In this document: positions 9,446-19,630 of the stretch, in pieces
Numbering within the stretch: position 1 is the stretch's first letter
How the letters are laid out: each line of letters opens with the position of its first letter
From: Gammaproteobacteria bacterium
Lineage (GTDB): Bacteria; Pseudomonadota; Gammaproteobacteria; GCA-001735895
Length of the DNA stretch: 64,000 nucleotides
Assembly: GCA_030595795.1 (NCBI GenBank)
Contig: JAUVCH010000002.1
Span: forward strand, 7,216-71,215
Reading direction: 5' to 3'
Made by a program: the position numbers and the translations under genes
The notes under the pieces: generated by a model
Database searches by the model: none
Told to the model about the DNA's origin: nothing
Seen by the model: only the letters and a program-made list of their open reading frames with translations

Positions 9446-11041
9446 TCAATTATCTAAAATCATTTGCGCACCTTTTTCGGCGATCATCATAGTCGGTGAC
9501 GAGGTATTACCACTAATAAGTTTCGGCATAATCGATGCGTCGATGACGCGTAAATTATCCATGCCTTTTACTTTTAGCGTCAGCGGGTCGACCACCGCCA
9601 TATCGTCTACACCCATCTTGCAGGTACCCACGGGGTGATAAACCGTGGATGTTGTCGCCTTTAGATAAGCCAGTATTTGTTTATCGGTTTGTACTTCTTT
9701 GCCAGGCGCCATTTCTTCACCACGAATATTATCAAACTGAGGAGAGGCGAGAATTTCCCGTGCTTTCTTCACGCCCTCGATGAGTATTTTCTGGTCTAGT
9801 TCGTCGGCAAAAAAGTTGTGATCTATCAATACATTTTTGCGACTACCATCGTTAGCTAATTTTACCGAACCGCTACTACGCGGGCGAAGTACGCAGGTGA
9901 ATAGCGAATAGCCGTGACCGAATTCGAAACGCTTGCCGCGATGGCTGCGATAAAGCGGAGTGAAGTGAAACTGGATGTCTGGGTCGTCCTCGGCATAGCG
10001 AGTTTTGGCGAAGCCACCAGCTTCGGTGTAATTGGTGGTCCACCAGCCCATGCGTTGAAAGATATATTCAAACGGCGCGATTAGCATTTTTGGAATACGA
10101 CGCCAGGAAACTCCTATCGATAATGGTCTGTCCGATCGTACCGTTACCATGCTGTCGATATGATCCTGTAAATTCTCGCCGACCCCAGGCAAGTGTTGAT
10201 GGCAGGGAATATTCAAATCTTCAAGTGCCTGGCGGTCGCCAATACCCGAGGCAAGCAGGATACGCGGTGAGGCTATCGCACCAGCGCTGAGAATAACTTC
10301 ACGATAGGCGGTGATGGTTTCTTGCTTGCCGCTTCTTTCTATCATAATACCCGTGATTCGATTGCCCTCGATATCTAGCGAAAGGACTTCGCTATTTTTT
10401 AAAATGGTGAGATTGGCTCGGTTTAAAATCGGTTTAACAAAAGCAGTATAGCTGCTAACACGTTCCCCTCTGTCTTGCTTAACGTTATAAATGCCCAGTC
10501 CAAGCTGACTGTCGGCATTGAAGTCTGTATTTTCAGGTAGGCCAGTAGACTTCCCGGCGGAGGCAAAAATGCGTGTTACCTGGTTTGGATCCTGTTGCGC
10601 GACGACTTTCAGCTCGCCATCAAAACCATGATATCGAGGATCTTGTTGCAACCGATTGTTTTCCAGTTTTTTGAAGGCTGGCAAGACATCTTTGTAAGCC
10701 CAGCCCTGGCAACCCAAAGCTGCCCAGTTGTCGTAATCATTCGCATTGCCGCGTATATAGACCATGCCGTTGATAGCACTGGATCCACCGAGACCCTTGC
10801 CACGATTGACTGCGATGATGCGGTTATTCAGGTGCTTTTGCGGAACACCGAGGTATCTGTAATCGTATCGACGATTACCATAGAGTCCAAAAACACCTGC
10901 TGGAATTCTAACTAAAGGGCTATCGGTGCTACCGCCGGCTTCTATCAGGCAAACACGGTGGTTGGGATTGGCACTGAGGCGGTTGGCTAGTACGCAACCG
11001 GCTGCTCCGGCGCCGATTATGATGTAGTCGTAGGCTTTCAT
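9446..11041 (-). CDS. GMC family FAD oxidoreductase (choline/alcohol dehydrogenase-like)
   Basis: 531 aa. N-terminal YDYIIIGAGAAGCVLANRLS FAD fold, GMC signature GKGLGGSSAINGMVYIRG, C-terminal catalytic His region. Confidence 0.85.
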   Translation of the reverse strand: MKAYDYIIIGAGAAGCVLANRLSANPNHRVCLIEAGGSTDSPLVRIPAGVFGLYGNRRYDYRYLGVPQKHLNNRIIAVNRGKGLGGSSAINGMVYIRGNANDYDNWAALGCQGWAYKDVLPAFKKLENNRLQQDPRYHGFDGELKVVAQQDPNQVTRIFASAGKSTGLPENTDFNADSQLGLGIYNVKQDRGERVSSYTAFVKPILNRANLTILKNSEVLSLDIEGNRITGIMIERSGKQETITAYREVILSAGAIASPRILLASGIGDRQALEDLNIPCHQHLPGVGENLQDHIDSMVTVRSDRPLSIGVSWRRIPKMLIAPFEYIFQRMGWWTTNYTEAGGFAKTRYAEDDPDIQFHFTPLYRSHRGKRFEFGHGYSLFTCVLRPRSSGSVKLANDGSRKNVLIDHNFFADELDQKILIEGVKKAREILASPQFDNIRGEEMAPGKEVQTDKQILAYLKATTSTVYHPVGTCKMGVDDMAVVDPLTLKVKGMDNLRVIDASIMPKLISGNTSSPTMMIAEKGAQMILDN

Positions 11042-11148
11042 GGGTGATGATTATATCTTGAAAGCCCATAACAAGGAGTTGTGGAGCGGGGGTTTGGAGT
11101 TAGGGATATTTTGCCAGTGCAGTAGGTGAAGTACGGGCTGCTTAAATT

Positions 11149-11847
11149 CTAAAGCGTATCACCACAGTTGGCTGATACTCCATAAGGGCTCGACGCGAAA
11201 GGATGAAATACACCTAGTTCTTCGGTCTCTGGTTTTGAGACCCCCAATAGAAATGTCTGTATCGCACGATTCTCAGGGAGACCGCCAGATACCGATGCAG
11301 TAAACTGGACTTCAACCCAGGAACCTTCTGCTTTTGGGTAGGTGATAGTGAAATACCCAAAACCATTGTCGTCGGTTACCAATCTTTGCGTACCCGAAAT
11401 TAATGTAGCTGTTTCTGTCGGATGGGAAGTAATTGATGGGATATGAGGTTCTAACAATCCGTTACCATTGAAGTCTTCGCCCGCATCAAGTACACCGTTA
11501 TTATTAGCATCTTCCACTGCACAGACAGCCATTCGAGTTTTCACTAATTCATCAAGCGTACCATCAAGTGGGATCGATGTGTCTGTTTCCAGGTAAAAAC
11601 CCTTCTCAAATTCGGTCGTTTTAAGGCTAAGGGATACAGTTGCGTTGGGGATCGATGCTCAATCCAGCTCCGCGACCTGGACTACCGCAGTTAATCTATA
11701 TTGTGTTTCATTCAACGCTGTTATTTCGTCGCCAATCGAGAGAACAACTTTGGAAGTGCTCGATTCATCATCGTCTGAGGCGCATCCGGTTAGAACAACA
11801 ATTATTCCGACGACAAATGACAAACGGTGTAACGCTTTGAAATTCAT
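11149..11847 (-). pseudogene. Lipoprotein gene with Ca-binding-like DxNxNG motifs, interrupted by an in-frame TGA at 11659-11661
   Basis: ORFs 11659..11847 (signal peptide plus lipobox LTGC) and 11149..11544 are in the same frame, separated by a single TGA. The 37 codons after the TGA are open with no start codon. The downstream part (NNNGVLDAGEDFNGNGLLE) looks extracellular but has no signal peptide of its own. Confidence 0.5.
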
Positions 11848-12094
11848 AGCTTATCTAGCCCTTAAATTGAACATTTGATTTCCTTGACACCCGAAGTGTA
11901 CGAACTCTTTTTTTAAAAGTCCAGAGAAGCAAGGGAATCGAAAAAGTTTCCCTTTAATATAATGCCAGAAGCCCTTATCAAGCAAACAGACTAAACAGAC
12001 AGTTGCTATATACATTCGTGTTGCATACTATAACGGCGCTTGTATACAGAATACCTAAAATATAATTAATCAATATTAACGGCGGAGGATTCAA

Positions 12095-13321
12095 ATGAAA
12101 AAAACAACTCTTTTAACTGGCCTGCTTGCGGGCAGTGCGATGCTAATCTCGCAAGGCGCGCTGGCAGCAAGCTGTGGTGAAATAGTAATAGGATCGGCTA
12201 TATCGCTAACCGGTAAATACGCGACTAATGGTGTCCATGCGCAGAAAGGATACGAATACGCGATTACAAAAATCAGAGAGAATGGTGGCGTTAAAGTCGG
12301 TGGCAAATGCTATAACTTTAAAGTTATCTACTACGATGACGAGTCCAAAGGCGACCGTGGCGCGACTCTGGCAGAGCGTTTGATCAGTCAGGACAAAGTG
12401 CAATACATGCTCGGACCCTATTCTTCGGGTCTGACCAAGGCAATCGCGCCGATCACCGAAAAGTACCAGATCCCGATGGTTGAAGCCGAGGGCGCGTCTC
12501 GCTCGCTGTTTAACAAGGGCTATAAATACCTGTTCGCGGTATTGTCGACTTCGGAGCAATATCTTGCTTCCGCAGTATCGCTGGCCGCCGAAAAAGCGAA
12601 GGAACAGGGCAAGTCCCCGTCTTCGGTTAAAGTGGCCATCGCGGTTGAAAACGATCCATTCTCGCTGGATATTCGGGCTGGAGTATCTGAAGACGCGGCA
12701 AAATTCGGCATGAAAGTGGTAGTCGATGAAAAACTGCCGCGCGACCTGTCGGATATGAGCGCGATCCTGACCAAGGTAAAATTGCTCAAACCCGATCTAC
12801 TCATCGTCAGCGGTCACTCGAAAGGTGCGGCAACCGCAGTACGCCAGATCAAGGAGCAAAATATCAAGGTGCCGATGATTGCGATCACGCACTGTGAAGC
12901 AGCGGATGTTACCGGCAAGTTTGGCGACGCGGCCAATGACTTCTTGTGTTCGACCCAGTGGTCCGAAACTCTGGCCTACAAGGATTCGTTATTCGGTACC
13001 GCTGCTGAATATGAAATAGGCTTCAAAAATGCCTACCCCGAGTATAAAGCCAAGAAAGTGCCCTACCAGACCGCTCAGGCAACGGCTGCGGTTTACGTCT
13101 ATAAGGATGCGTTTGAAAGAGCCAATTCGCTGGACAAGGAAAAGGTTCGCGACGCGCTTACAAAAACCGACATGCAGACCTTCTACGGTGGCATCAAGTT
13201 CTCGAAAGCGGGTAATAATATCGCCAAACCAATGGTATTGCGCCAGATTCAGAACGGCGAATATAATGTGGTGGCACCCTCGGCTTTTGCTTCGCATAAG
13301 TTGAACTGGCCACGTAACTAG
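12095..13321 (+). CDS. ABC transporter periplasmic substrate-binding protein, LivJ/LivK (type I PBP, branched-chain amino acid / amide) family
   Basis: 408 aa with signal peptide. Followed by livHMGF-like genes. Strong RBS GGAGG upstream. Confidence 0.8.
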   Translation: MKKTTLLTGLLAGSAMLISQGALAASCGEIVIGSAISLTGKYATNGVHAQKGYEYAITKIRENGGVKVGGKCYNFKVIYYDDESKGDRGATLAERLISQDKVQYMLGPYSSGLTKAIAPITEKYQIPMVEAEGASRSLFNKGYKYLFAVLSTSEQYLASAVSLAAEKAKEQGKSPSSVKVAIAVENDPFSLDIRAGVSEDAAKFGMKVVVDEKLPRDLSDMSAILTKVKLLKPDLLIVSGHSKGAATAVRQIKEQNIKVPMIAITHCEAADVTGKFGDAANDFLCSTQWSETLAYKDSLFGTAAEYEIGFKNAYPEYKAKKVPYQTAQATAAVYVYKDAFERANSLDKEKVRDALTKTDMQTFYGGIKFSKAGNNIAKPMVLRQIQNGEYNVVAPSAFASHKLNWPRN

Positions 13322-13407
13322 TGTTGGAACGATAAACTCGAACTGAGCAGGGTGTCGGCGTTGCTGACATCCTGTTTTTTTCGCATTGATAGCAAAGCTG
13401 TATTCCC

Positions 13408-14319
13408 ATGGATCAAGTCCTGAGTAATCTTTCCCTGCTGCTTGAATTTCCGATCGTGAATCTGAAAATTATTCTCGATGGGATAATGATCGGTGCCCTG
13501 TTTGCGCTCGCCGCCTACGGTCTCGCGTTGGTATGGGGCGTGATGAATGTCAAGAATCTGGCCCAGGGCGATTTCGTCATTGCCGGGGGCTATGTGTCCT
13601 GGTGGCTGGTGCAGCATGGATTTCCGGCGCTGCTCGGGGTTCCAGCGGCATTCATCGTGATGTGGGGAATCGGCTGGGTGGCCTATAAACTGGTTATTTC
13701 GCGGGTGATCGAGCGCGATCTGTTTACCTCTTTACTGGCGACATTCGGCCTTGCGATCATGCTCGCGCAAATCATGAATCTGTTGTTCGGTTCGGATACC
13801 CAAAGCGTCGATCTCGGTTATAAAACGCTTTATTTTTTCGACGGAATTGTCAATATACCGATAGCCAAGCTAATCGGCGTACTGATGGCTGCGGCATTGG
13901 CGACGGGCGTCATCATTTTCATGAAAACGAGCCGTATGGGCCAGGCGATTCGGGCAACCGCACAGGATGCGCGCGCGGCGCGCGTGATGGGCATCGACAC
14001 CGAGAAGGTTTACGCCTTTACCTTTTCCCTGAATTCGGCCATTTGCGGCGCGGCCGGGGCGATTATCGTCATGGTCTGGGTGATTCAGCCGTTTTATGGC
14101 ATTTCCTATGCCATTCGCGCCTTTGTTATCGTCACTGCGGCGGGCCTCGGTAATCTGCCGGGTGTCATCGCGGCGGGCCTCGGTATCGGGGTGTTCGAAC
14201 AGTACGGTGCACACATTTTCGGCATTAGCTATCAGCAGGCCATTGCGGTGTTGTTGTTACTGCTCGTGCTGATTTTTCGTCTGATCCAGCAGCGGCGTAA
14301 CCGGCAAGTATTGAAGTAG
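13408..14319 (+). CDS. Branched-chain amino acid ABC transporter permease (LivH-like)
   Basis: 303-aa polytopic membrane protein. Position in the operon. Confidence 0.8.
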   Translation: MDQVLSNLSLLLEFPIVNLKIILDGIMIGALFALAAYGLALVWGVMNVKNLAQGDFVIAGGYVSWWLVQHGFPALLGVPAAFIVMWGIGWVAYKLVISRVIERDLFTSLLATFGLAIMLAQIMNLLFGSDTQSVDLGYKTLYFFDGIVNIPIAKLIGVLMAAALATGVIIFMKTSRMGQAIRATAQDARAARVMGIDTEKVYAFTFSLNSAICGAAGAIIVMVWVIQPFYGISYAIRAFVIVTAAGLGNLPGVIAAGLGIGVFEQYGAHIFGISYQQAIAVLLLLLVLIFRLIQQRRNRQVLK

Positions 14320-14328
14320 GCGAAAACA

Positions 14329-15366
14329 ATGGCTAAAAAGAAAATTATCCTGTATGCGTTGATTCTGGCTTTCACCTTTATCGCGCCGTTTGCCTTCCCG
14401 AATTTTGGCACCCAGCTGGCAACCCTGTGGCTAATGATCATAGTCGCCTTGACCTGGGATATGACCGGCGGGCAAATGGGGTATAACTCGCTCGGTAATA
14501 TTTTCTTTTACGGCACCGGTATGTATGTCGCGGCGTTGATTTCGATTGGTCGGGTATACGATATCGGCGACTATACCAGCGCCGCGGGTGGTGGTATTTA
14601 CGAATTTACCGATGTTCAGTATTTTAGTGGAGTATTTCTTGGTGTGCTCGGAGCTGGGGTCTTCTGTTCGATAAGCGCAGTAATAATTGGCTACGTGACG
14701 TTTGGTTTGAGAGGGCCGTATTTCGCCATTGGCACGCTGGGCGTGGCCATCGCCGCCGGTGAACTGGTTTCCAACTGGGATTGGGTTGGCGGTGGACAGG
14801 GCATCTCCTTGCCTGGGTACCCGGGCGATCCCGATACCGGCAAGGTCTTCTTTTACTTTTTATTTGCCGCCGTGGGTGTAAGCGTTTTTGTTTTCGTAAA
14901 GTGGCTTTATGAGACCCGATTCGGCGCGGCGATCAATGCGATTCGCGACGATGAGGAAAAAGCGGAAGCGATGGGTATACATACGCTACGTTATAAACTC
15001 ATCACATGGTCGATGGCGGCATTTTTCGTGGGCATGGCCGGTGGCATATCTGCCTTTCAATTACTTCATTTCGAACCGCTGGAAACCGCATACCAGACCA
15101 TTTTTCTGGGTATTTTCATGGTGGTCTGCGTCTTGCTCGGCGGCAAGGGTACGCTCTGGGGACCTGTCATCGGGGCGATCTTATTCCATCTGTTCAAGGA
15201 GGTGACCTGGAATTACTTCCTCGGCTGGCAGTGGGTTGCGCTCGGTGCGTTGATTGTCGTTACCGTGGTTTATTTCCAGGACGGTGTCATGGGCTGGTTA
15301 GTACATAAACGCCCCGAATGGTTTGGTATCCAGGTCGAAGATAAAATTGCGGGGGAAACAGAATGA
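14329..15366 (+). CDS. Branched-chain amino acid ABC transporter permease (LivM-like)
   Basis: 345-aa polytopic membrane protein, second permease of the operon. Confidence 0.8.
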   Translation: MAKKKIILYALILAFTFIAPFAFPNFGTQLATLWLMIIVALTWDMTGGQMGYNSLGNIFFYGTGMYVAALISIGRVYDIGDYTSAAGGGIYEFTDVQYFSGVFLGVLGAGVFCSISAVIIGYVTFGLRGPYFAIGTLGVAIAAGELVSNWDWVGGGQGISLPGYPGDPDTGKVFFYFLFAAVGVSVFVFVKWLYETRFGAAINAIRDDEEKAEAMGIHTLRYKLITWSMAAFFVGMAGGISAFQLLHFEPLETAYQTIFLGIFMVVCVLLGGKGTLWGPVIGAILFHLFKEVTWNYFLGWQWVALGALIVVTVVYFQDGVMGWLVHKRPEWFGIQVEDKIAGETE

Positions 15367-16106
15367 CCGCAATTATAAACGTCCAGAACGTGTCGAAGTC
15401 CTTCGGCGGCGTGGTTGCGAATCATGACGTATCGCTCACCGTCAAACCAGGAACCATTACCGGATTGATCGGGCCGAACGGCTCGGGCAAAACAACCCTG
15501 TTTAATTCCATCGTCGGTTATCATCCGATTGATTCGGGATCGATCCAGTTTGAAGATGAGGAAATATCGCGCTTGCCGGTGCAACAGATCGCAAGACGGG
15601 GAATGTTGCGTACCTTCCAGCAAACCCGAATCTACGGCGAGATGAACGGTGTCGAGAATATGCTGATATCACTGCCGCATCGCAAGATGAGCATCTGGGA
15701 TGCGCTTAAAAGAAATACTAGTGAAGATTACGAGCGCGCCGATCATCTACTCGAGTTTGTCGGGCTTTACGAAAAAAGAAAGCTGAAAAGCGGGGACCTG
15801 TCCTTTGGCCAGCAAAAGCTGCTCGAATTTGCTATGGCGTTAATGAATGAACCGACCTGCTTGCTGCTCGATGAGCCCACGGCCGGGATCAACCCGACAT
15901 TGATCAATGGTTTGATCGATCGCTTGAAGCTCGCTAACTCCGAGTTTGGTATTACTCTTTTTGTCATCGAGCATAACATGCGCGTGATCATGAATCTGGC
16001 CGAATCGATTTATTGCCTTGCGCACGGCGAATTGCTGGCGCAGGGCACGCCCGACGAAATTCAAAACGACCAGAATGTCATCGACGCTTACCTCGGAGCG
16101 CATTAA
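15363..16106 (+). CDS. ABC transporter ATP-binding protein (LivG-like)
   Basis: Walker A GPNGSGKTT, LSFGQQKLLE signature, Walker B LLLDEP. 4-nt overlap with the permease gene. Confidence 0.85.
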   Translation: MTAIINVQNVSKSFGGVVANHDVSLTVKPGTITGLIGPNGSGKTTLFNSIVGYHPIDSGSIQFEDEEISRLPVQQIARRGMLRTFQQTRIYGEMNGVENMLISLPHRKMSIWDALKRNTSEDYERADHLLEFVGLYEKRKLKSGDLSFGQQKLLEFAMALMNEPTCLLLDEPTAGINPTLINGLIDRLKLANSEFGITLFVIEHNMRVIMNLAESIYCLAHGELLAQGTPDEIQNDQNVIDAYLGAH

Positions 16107-16973
16107 ATGACCGATAACGACAAGGTACGCGGTTACCACGGGGGTAATGTCGATTCGGTCATTTCGGTCGAAGAGGTTACTCGCCAGGCAGCGGCGATTG
16201 CCGAAGATATAACGCTCGAACAGCTCGATGAGCTGGCAGGTAATGAACCGTATTTGTCGATCAATAATCTGGTTGCCGGCTACGGTCAGATGGAGATTCT
16301 GCATAACCTGGATTTGCGAGTCGGTAAGGGGCAGTCTTTGTGTCTGATTGGCCCTAATGGAGCAGGAAAATCGACGATACTTCACGCTATTTTCGGCTTT
16401 AATAGAATATTTTCCGGTTCTATCGAAATTGGTAGCGGTGACGACAAAATGGATGTCACGAGTTTGACGCCGAATCAAAAGTTATCGCAGGCCGGCATCG
16501 CTTATATCCTTCAGGATAAGTCTATTTTTCCCGGTATGACGGTTGAAGAGAATCTATGGATGGGCGGTTTTCTGAAGGACAAACCACAGGAAGCCAAGGT
16601 CGCTGCTGAAGCGGTATTCGATAAGTATTCACGCCTTGCCGATCGGCGTAAACACAAGGCCGGTGTGCTATCCGGTGGCGAAAGACGCTTGCTTGAAATT
16701 TCCCGAGCACTGGTAATGAATCCCGAGATACTGCTTGTCGATGAACCTTCGATTGGTCTCGAACCACGCTTCATCGATATGGTTTTCGATATTCTCGATG
16801 ACCTGCAAAATAATGAAGGCAAGACCATTATCATGGTCGAGCAAAATGCCAAGAAGGGACTCGAGTTTGCCGATATCGGTTATGTGCTGGTTTCTGGCCA
16901 ACTGGCGATTGCCGGTAAGGGTGATGATTTATTGAAGAACCCTAAGGTCGGTGAGTTGTTTTTGGGTGGTTAA
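16107..16973 (+). CDS. ABC transporter ATP-binding protein (LivF-like) with about 50-aa N-terminal extension
   Basis: Walker A GPNGAGKST, signature LSGGERRLLE, Walker B LLVDEP. Confidence 0.85.
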   Translation: MTDNDKVRGYHGGNVDSVISVEEVTRQAAAIAEDITLEQLDELAGNEPYLSINNLVAGYGQMEILHNLDLRVGKGQSLCLIGPNGAGKSTILHAIFGFNRIFSGSIEIGSGDDKMDVTSLTPNQKLSQAGIAYILQDKSIFPGMTVEENLWMGGFLKDKPQEAKVAAEAVFDKYSRLADRRKHKAGVLSGGERRLLEISRALVMNPEILLVDEPSIGLEPRFIDMVFDILDDLQNNEGKTIIMVEQNAKKGLEFADIGYVLVSGQLAIAGKGDDLLKNPKVGELFLGG

Positions 16974-17026
16974 GCGTAGTTAGTCAAGAATGGCGCTAAG
17001 TTAAGCCGCTTTAATCACTTACAATT

Positions 17027-19282
17027 TTATTTCTGCGCCATATTTATTATGTGTGGGTTTTCCGACAATGACTTTGACTTTATTCTCAGCTGGCATTGGG
17101 AAAAATAAAAACGGGAAGGTCCATCATGAGGAAAGCTCCTTAATATCGACTTAAATTCTTCGGAAGCCTTTTTCCATTCCGCCCGCATAAACATATCAAA
17201 GCCTTTAGCAAATCGCTCGCAAAGTTCATTTTGTTGTGTGCTAGCTTCATTTGACAAACTAAGTATTTCGATGATGGGCAAGGGTTCGGTTTTCCCCACA
17301 AAAACAAAATGCCCTATGGGGCGAGTCAGTAAATAATCGATGCCTTCAATTTGGGGTTCAGTGGCGAGTATTTGCGTACCCACATGTTTATTTAACCCTT
17401 CAATGCGCGATGCGGTATTAGCACAGTCGCCTACGATACTGTAAACAAAGTGACCGCCACCGCCGGAGTGTCCGACATAAACTTCACCGGTTTCCATACC
17501 GATGCGCAAAGACGCATCAAAAGCATCGTGCCGGGCCTTGAAGTCCTCGATCGCATCAGCAGCTTGCAATGACGCGAGGATAGGCTTTTCACGTACGTCG
17601 ATATCAGATTCATCGCCGGTCCAGGCACACATAATGGCATCCGCGCGGAATTCGGTAACCGTGACATCATGATTACGCAAAGGTTGTGCCAGCGTGTCAA
17701 AATAATCATTTAAAAATTCAGCCAGTTCTCCGGGGGCCATGTTTTCGGCAATAGTCGAAAACCCTGCCATGTCGGTGGCCAGGCAGGTGCTAAAGATGAC
17801 CTGATTAATGTTTTCAGGAATAAGGTCGTTGCCGGTTAAGGCTTTTGATACTTCTTCGGGTACATAAAGACTAATCGCTTCGCTGATGTGTTTTACCTTG
17901 TGGCGCTGTTGTAAATACTGGGCTATCAAGCCGACAAACAACGCCAGAGGGAACTGAACTAGTAAGGGTATCGACAGGGGTAGCCATAGATAATCATTAT
18001 TGAACAGGGTTTGCGCATAAATCACATACCCACTAACAGCCAGAACCGAGACAGGCACGCCTATAATGGCGGGTGCCAGGTAAATTAACAGGCTGATCAT
18101 GAGCCCGAAACTGAATATAAAAATCAGATAGTTTTCAATTTTTGGGACTCTCAGGGACTGATTGTGTCGTAAGTTTCCGTATGCAGTTGCAGCTATCTCG
18201 ACACCGCTAAGATCAACACCATTTTCGTTGGTAAAAACAGTATAAAAGCGATCAGGCTGGCCAGGGTCATACAGATCCGAGAAGCCTACGAATACTACCT
18301 TGTTGGTCATATCCAGATCTTTGGCTGAGGTATTAGCGTCGGGGCCATTGATAACCGCGTAGTAGGGAACGCTTTTGATCGATCCGGGCGTTCCATAAAA
18401 ATTTAGATAACGTTCGTTCCTTCCAAGGTACATAGAAGTCAGCGAATGGAGTAATTGCTGAATTTCCTCGGATTCTTGCCCGACCCAGGGTTGTTGTAGT
18501 TCTCGTATCAAATTGTTTGCCAGGGTCGGAGATCGAGAAAGAGTACTCCGGATTCCAGTCATGAACCCATGCAGAGATTCTGCATCAGATATTTCGGCTG
18601 CAGATTGAGGGATTTTAAACTCCTGAGTCAATCGACTGTTCTTGAGTAAACGGTAAAATTGATTGTAGGCCTTTAGCGCTTGTACCTGTAATGCCACGGC
18701 GGGCATCGTAGGTGCTCCATACGCGCTATCTTTAAAGACCCAAGATTCGTAAACGGCCGCCTCTTGCTTGGGTAAGGGAAAAGGCCCCAGGCCTCGAGCG
18801 GCTTCCGACAGGACCGGCACAGGTGACAGAAGCTGTTCTACCCACACACTGCCACTGATTTTCCCCGATTTATCTTCAATCGGATTACCTTTGCCGGTCA
18901 GATACTGAAAAAGCACGACTCGTTCCGAGCGCTTTACTGAATCAGCAAAAATCTTTTCGTCACCTGGCGAACGTGGTTTGTGGAAATTAATATCAAAAAC
19001 AATAGTGGATGCGCCCAGTTTCACCAGAGCATCGACCAGCTTTCCGTGAATTGATCGGGGCCAGTCCCGGGGTAGCGGGGGGATATTCAGTTTCTTGCTG
19101 GTTAAACCATTGATTGCAATTACAACAGTTTCCGGCGGGGAGGGGATTTCACCGCGAATGGAAAATAACCAGCCCAGTCCAATGCTTCTTTCAAAAACTG
19201 TTCCGTAGGGTGACAGAGCTAACAGGCTACCAATCAAACCTATCGTCATGCCAAGGAGCAGACCTTTAATACCGCGTCGCAT
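17027..19282 (-). CDS. CHASE2 sensor domain-containing class III adenylate/guanylate cyclase
   Basis: 751 aa. N-terminal TM, then a large periplasmic CHASE2-like domain. Three TM helices follow (approx. aa 380-450). C-terminal cyclase homology domain (FSTCLATDMAGFS...GDCANTASRIEGLNK). Confidence 0.8.
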   Translation of the reverse strand: MRRGIKGLLLGMTIGLIGSLLALSPYGTVFERSIGLGWLFSIRGEIPSPPETVVIAINGLTSKKLNIPPLPRDWPRSIHGKLVDALVKLGASTIVFDINFHKPRSPGDEKIFADSVKRSERVVLFQYLTGKGNPIEDKSGKISGSVWVEQLLSPVPVLSEAARGLGPFPLPKQEAAVYESWVFKDSAYGAPTMPAVALQVQALKAYNQFYRLLKNSRLTQEFKIPQSAAEISDAESLHGFMTGIRSTLSRSPTLANNLIRELQQPWVGQESEEIQQLLHSLTSMYLGRNERYLNFYGTPGSIKSVPYYAVINGPDANTSAKDLDMTNKVVFVGFSDLYDPGQPDRFYTVFTNENGVDLSGVEIAATAYGNLRHNQSLRVPKIENYLIFIFSFGLMISLLIYLAPAIIGVPVSVLAVSGYVIYAQTLFNNDYLWLPLSIPLLVQFPLALFVGLIAQYLQQRHKVKHISEAISLYVPEEVSKALTGNDLIPENINQVIFSTCLATDMAGFSTIAENMAPGELAEFLNDYFDTLAQPLRNHDVTVTEFRADAIMCAWTGDESDIDVREKPILASLQAADAIEDFKARHDAFDASLRIGMETGEVYVGHSGGGGHFVYSIVGDCANTASRIEGLNKHVGTQILATEPQIEGIDYLLTRPIGHFVFVGKTEPLPIIEILSLSNEASTQQNELCERFAKGFDMFMRAEWKKASEEFKSILRSFPHDGPSRFYFSQCQLRIKSKSLSENPHIINMAQK

Positions 19283-19630
19283 AAGTTTAGTGTCTATAGT
19301 TTTTAAATATTATTTTAGTCGCATCACTCACCGATGCGAAATCTACCTTACATGAAATTTTTTTTCAGCGTTAAGGTTTTAGCGAAAAGAAATTGCTATC
19401 AGTCCGCTGAATCCGGATTTTATATTTATCACTTATTACGAATAATAAATCAGTTAACATTATTATTTAGGTAGGTTGTCTATGACAATCGCTATCCGTT
19501 GTATAATCCTTTAGGGGTAGAGCACTGCTCCAATATTCGTCATATGATTTAGTTATAAAAATATAATCAAAAAAAACAAATAAGAATGCCATGCAAATGC
19601 AGGCATCGAAGTTTATTGGAGGGGGACGCG
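19283..19630. promoter_or_regulatory. AT-rich divergent promoter region between the CHASE2 cyclase and the FecR/TPR/barrel gene
   Basis: About 300 bp, over 70% AT. Perfect TATAAT at about 19508 preceded by TTGTCT/TGACAA-like -35 candidates. GGAGGGGGA Shine-Dalgarno at 19618-19626. Confidence 0.4.

Noticed and set aside
11656-11661. Selenocysteine recoding of the in-frame TGA in the lipoprotein gene.
   Set aside because: No SECIS-like hairpin is evident immediately 3' of the TGA. The only selenoprotein candidate in the window (FDH alpha) uses Cys, arguing against an active Sec system. A point mutation or sequencing error is more parsimonious.
19515-19540. tRNA-like string ggggtagagcactgctcc in the CHASE2/FecR intergenic region.
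   Set aside because: Only a short acceptor/D-arm-like match. No cloverleaf, T-loop (GTTCRANYC) or CCA-compatible 3' end can be built. Total length is far too short.
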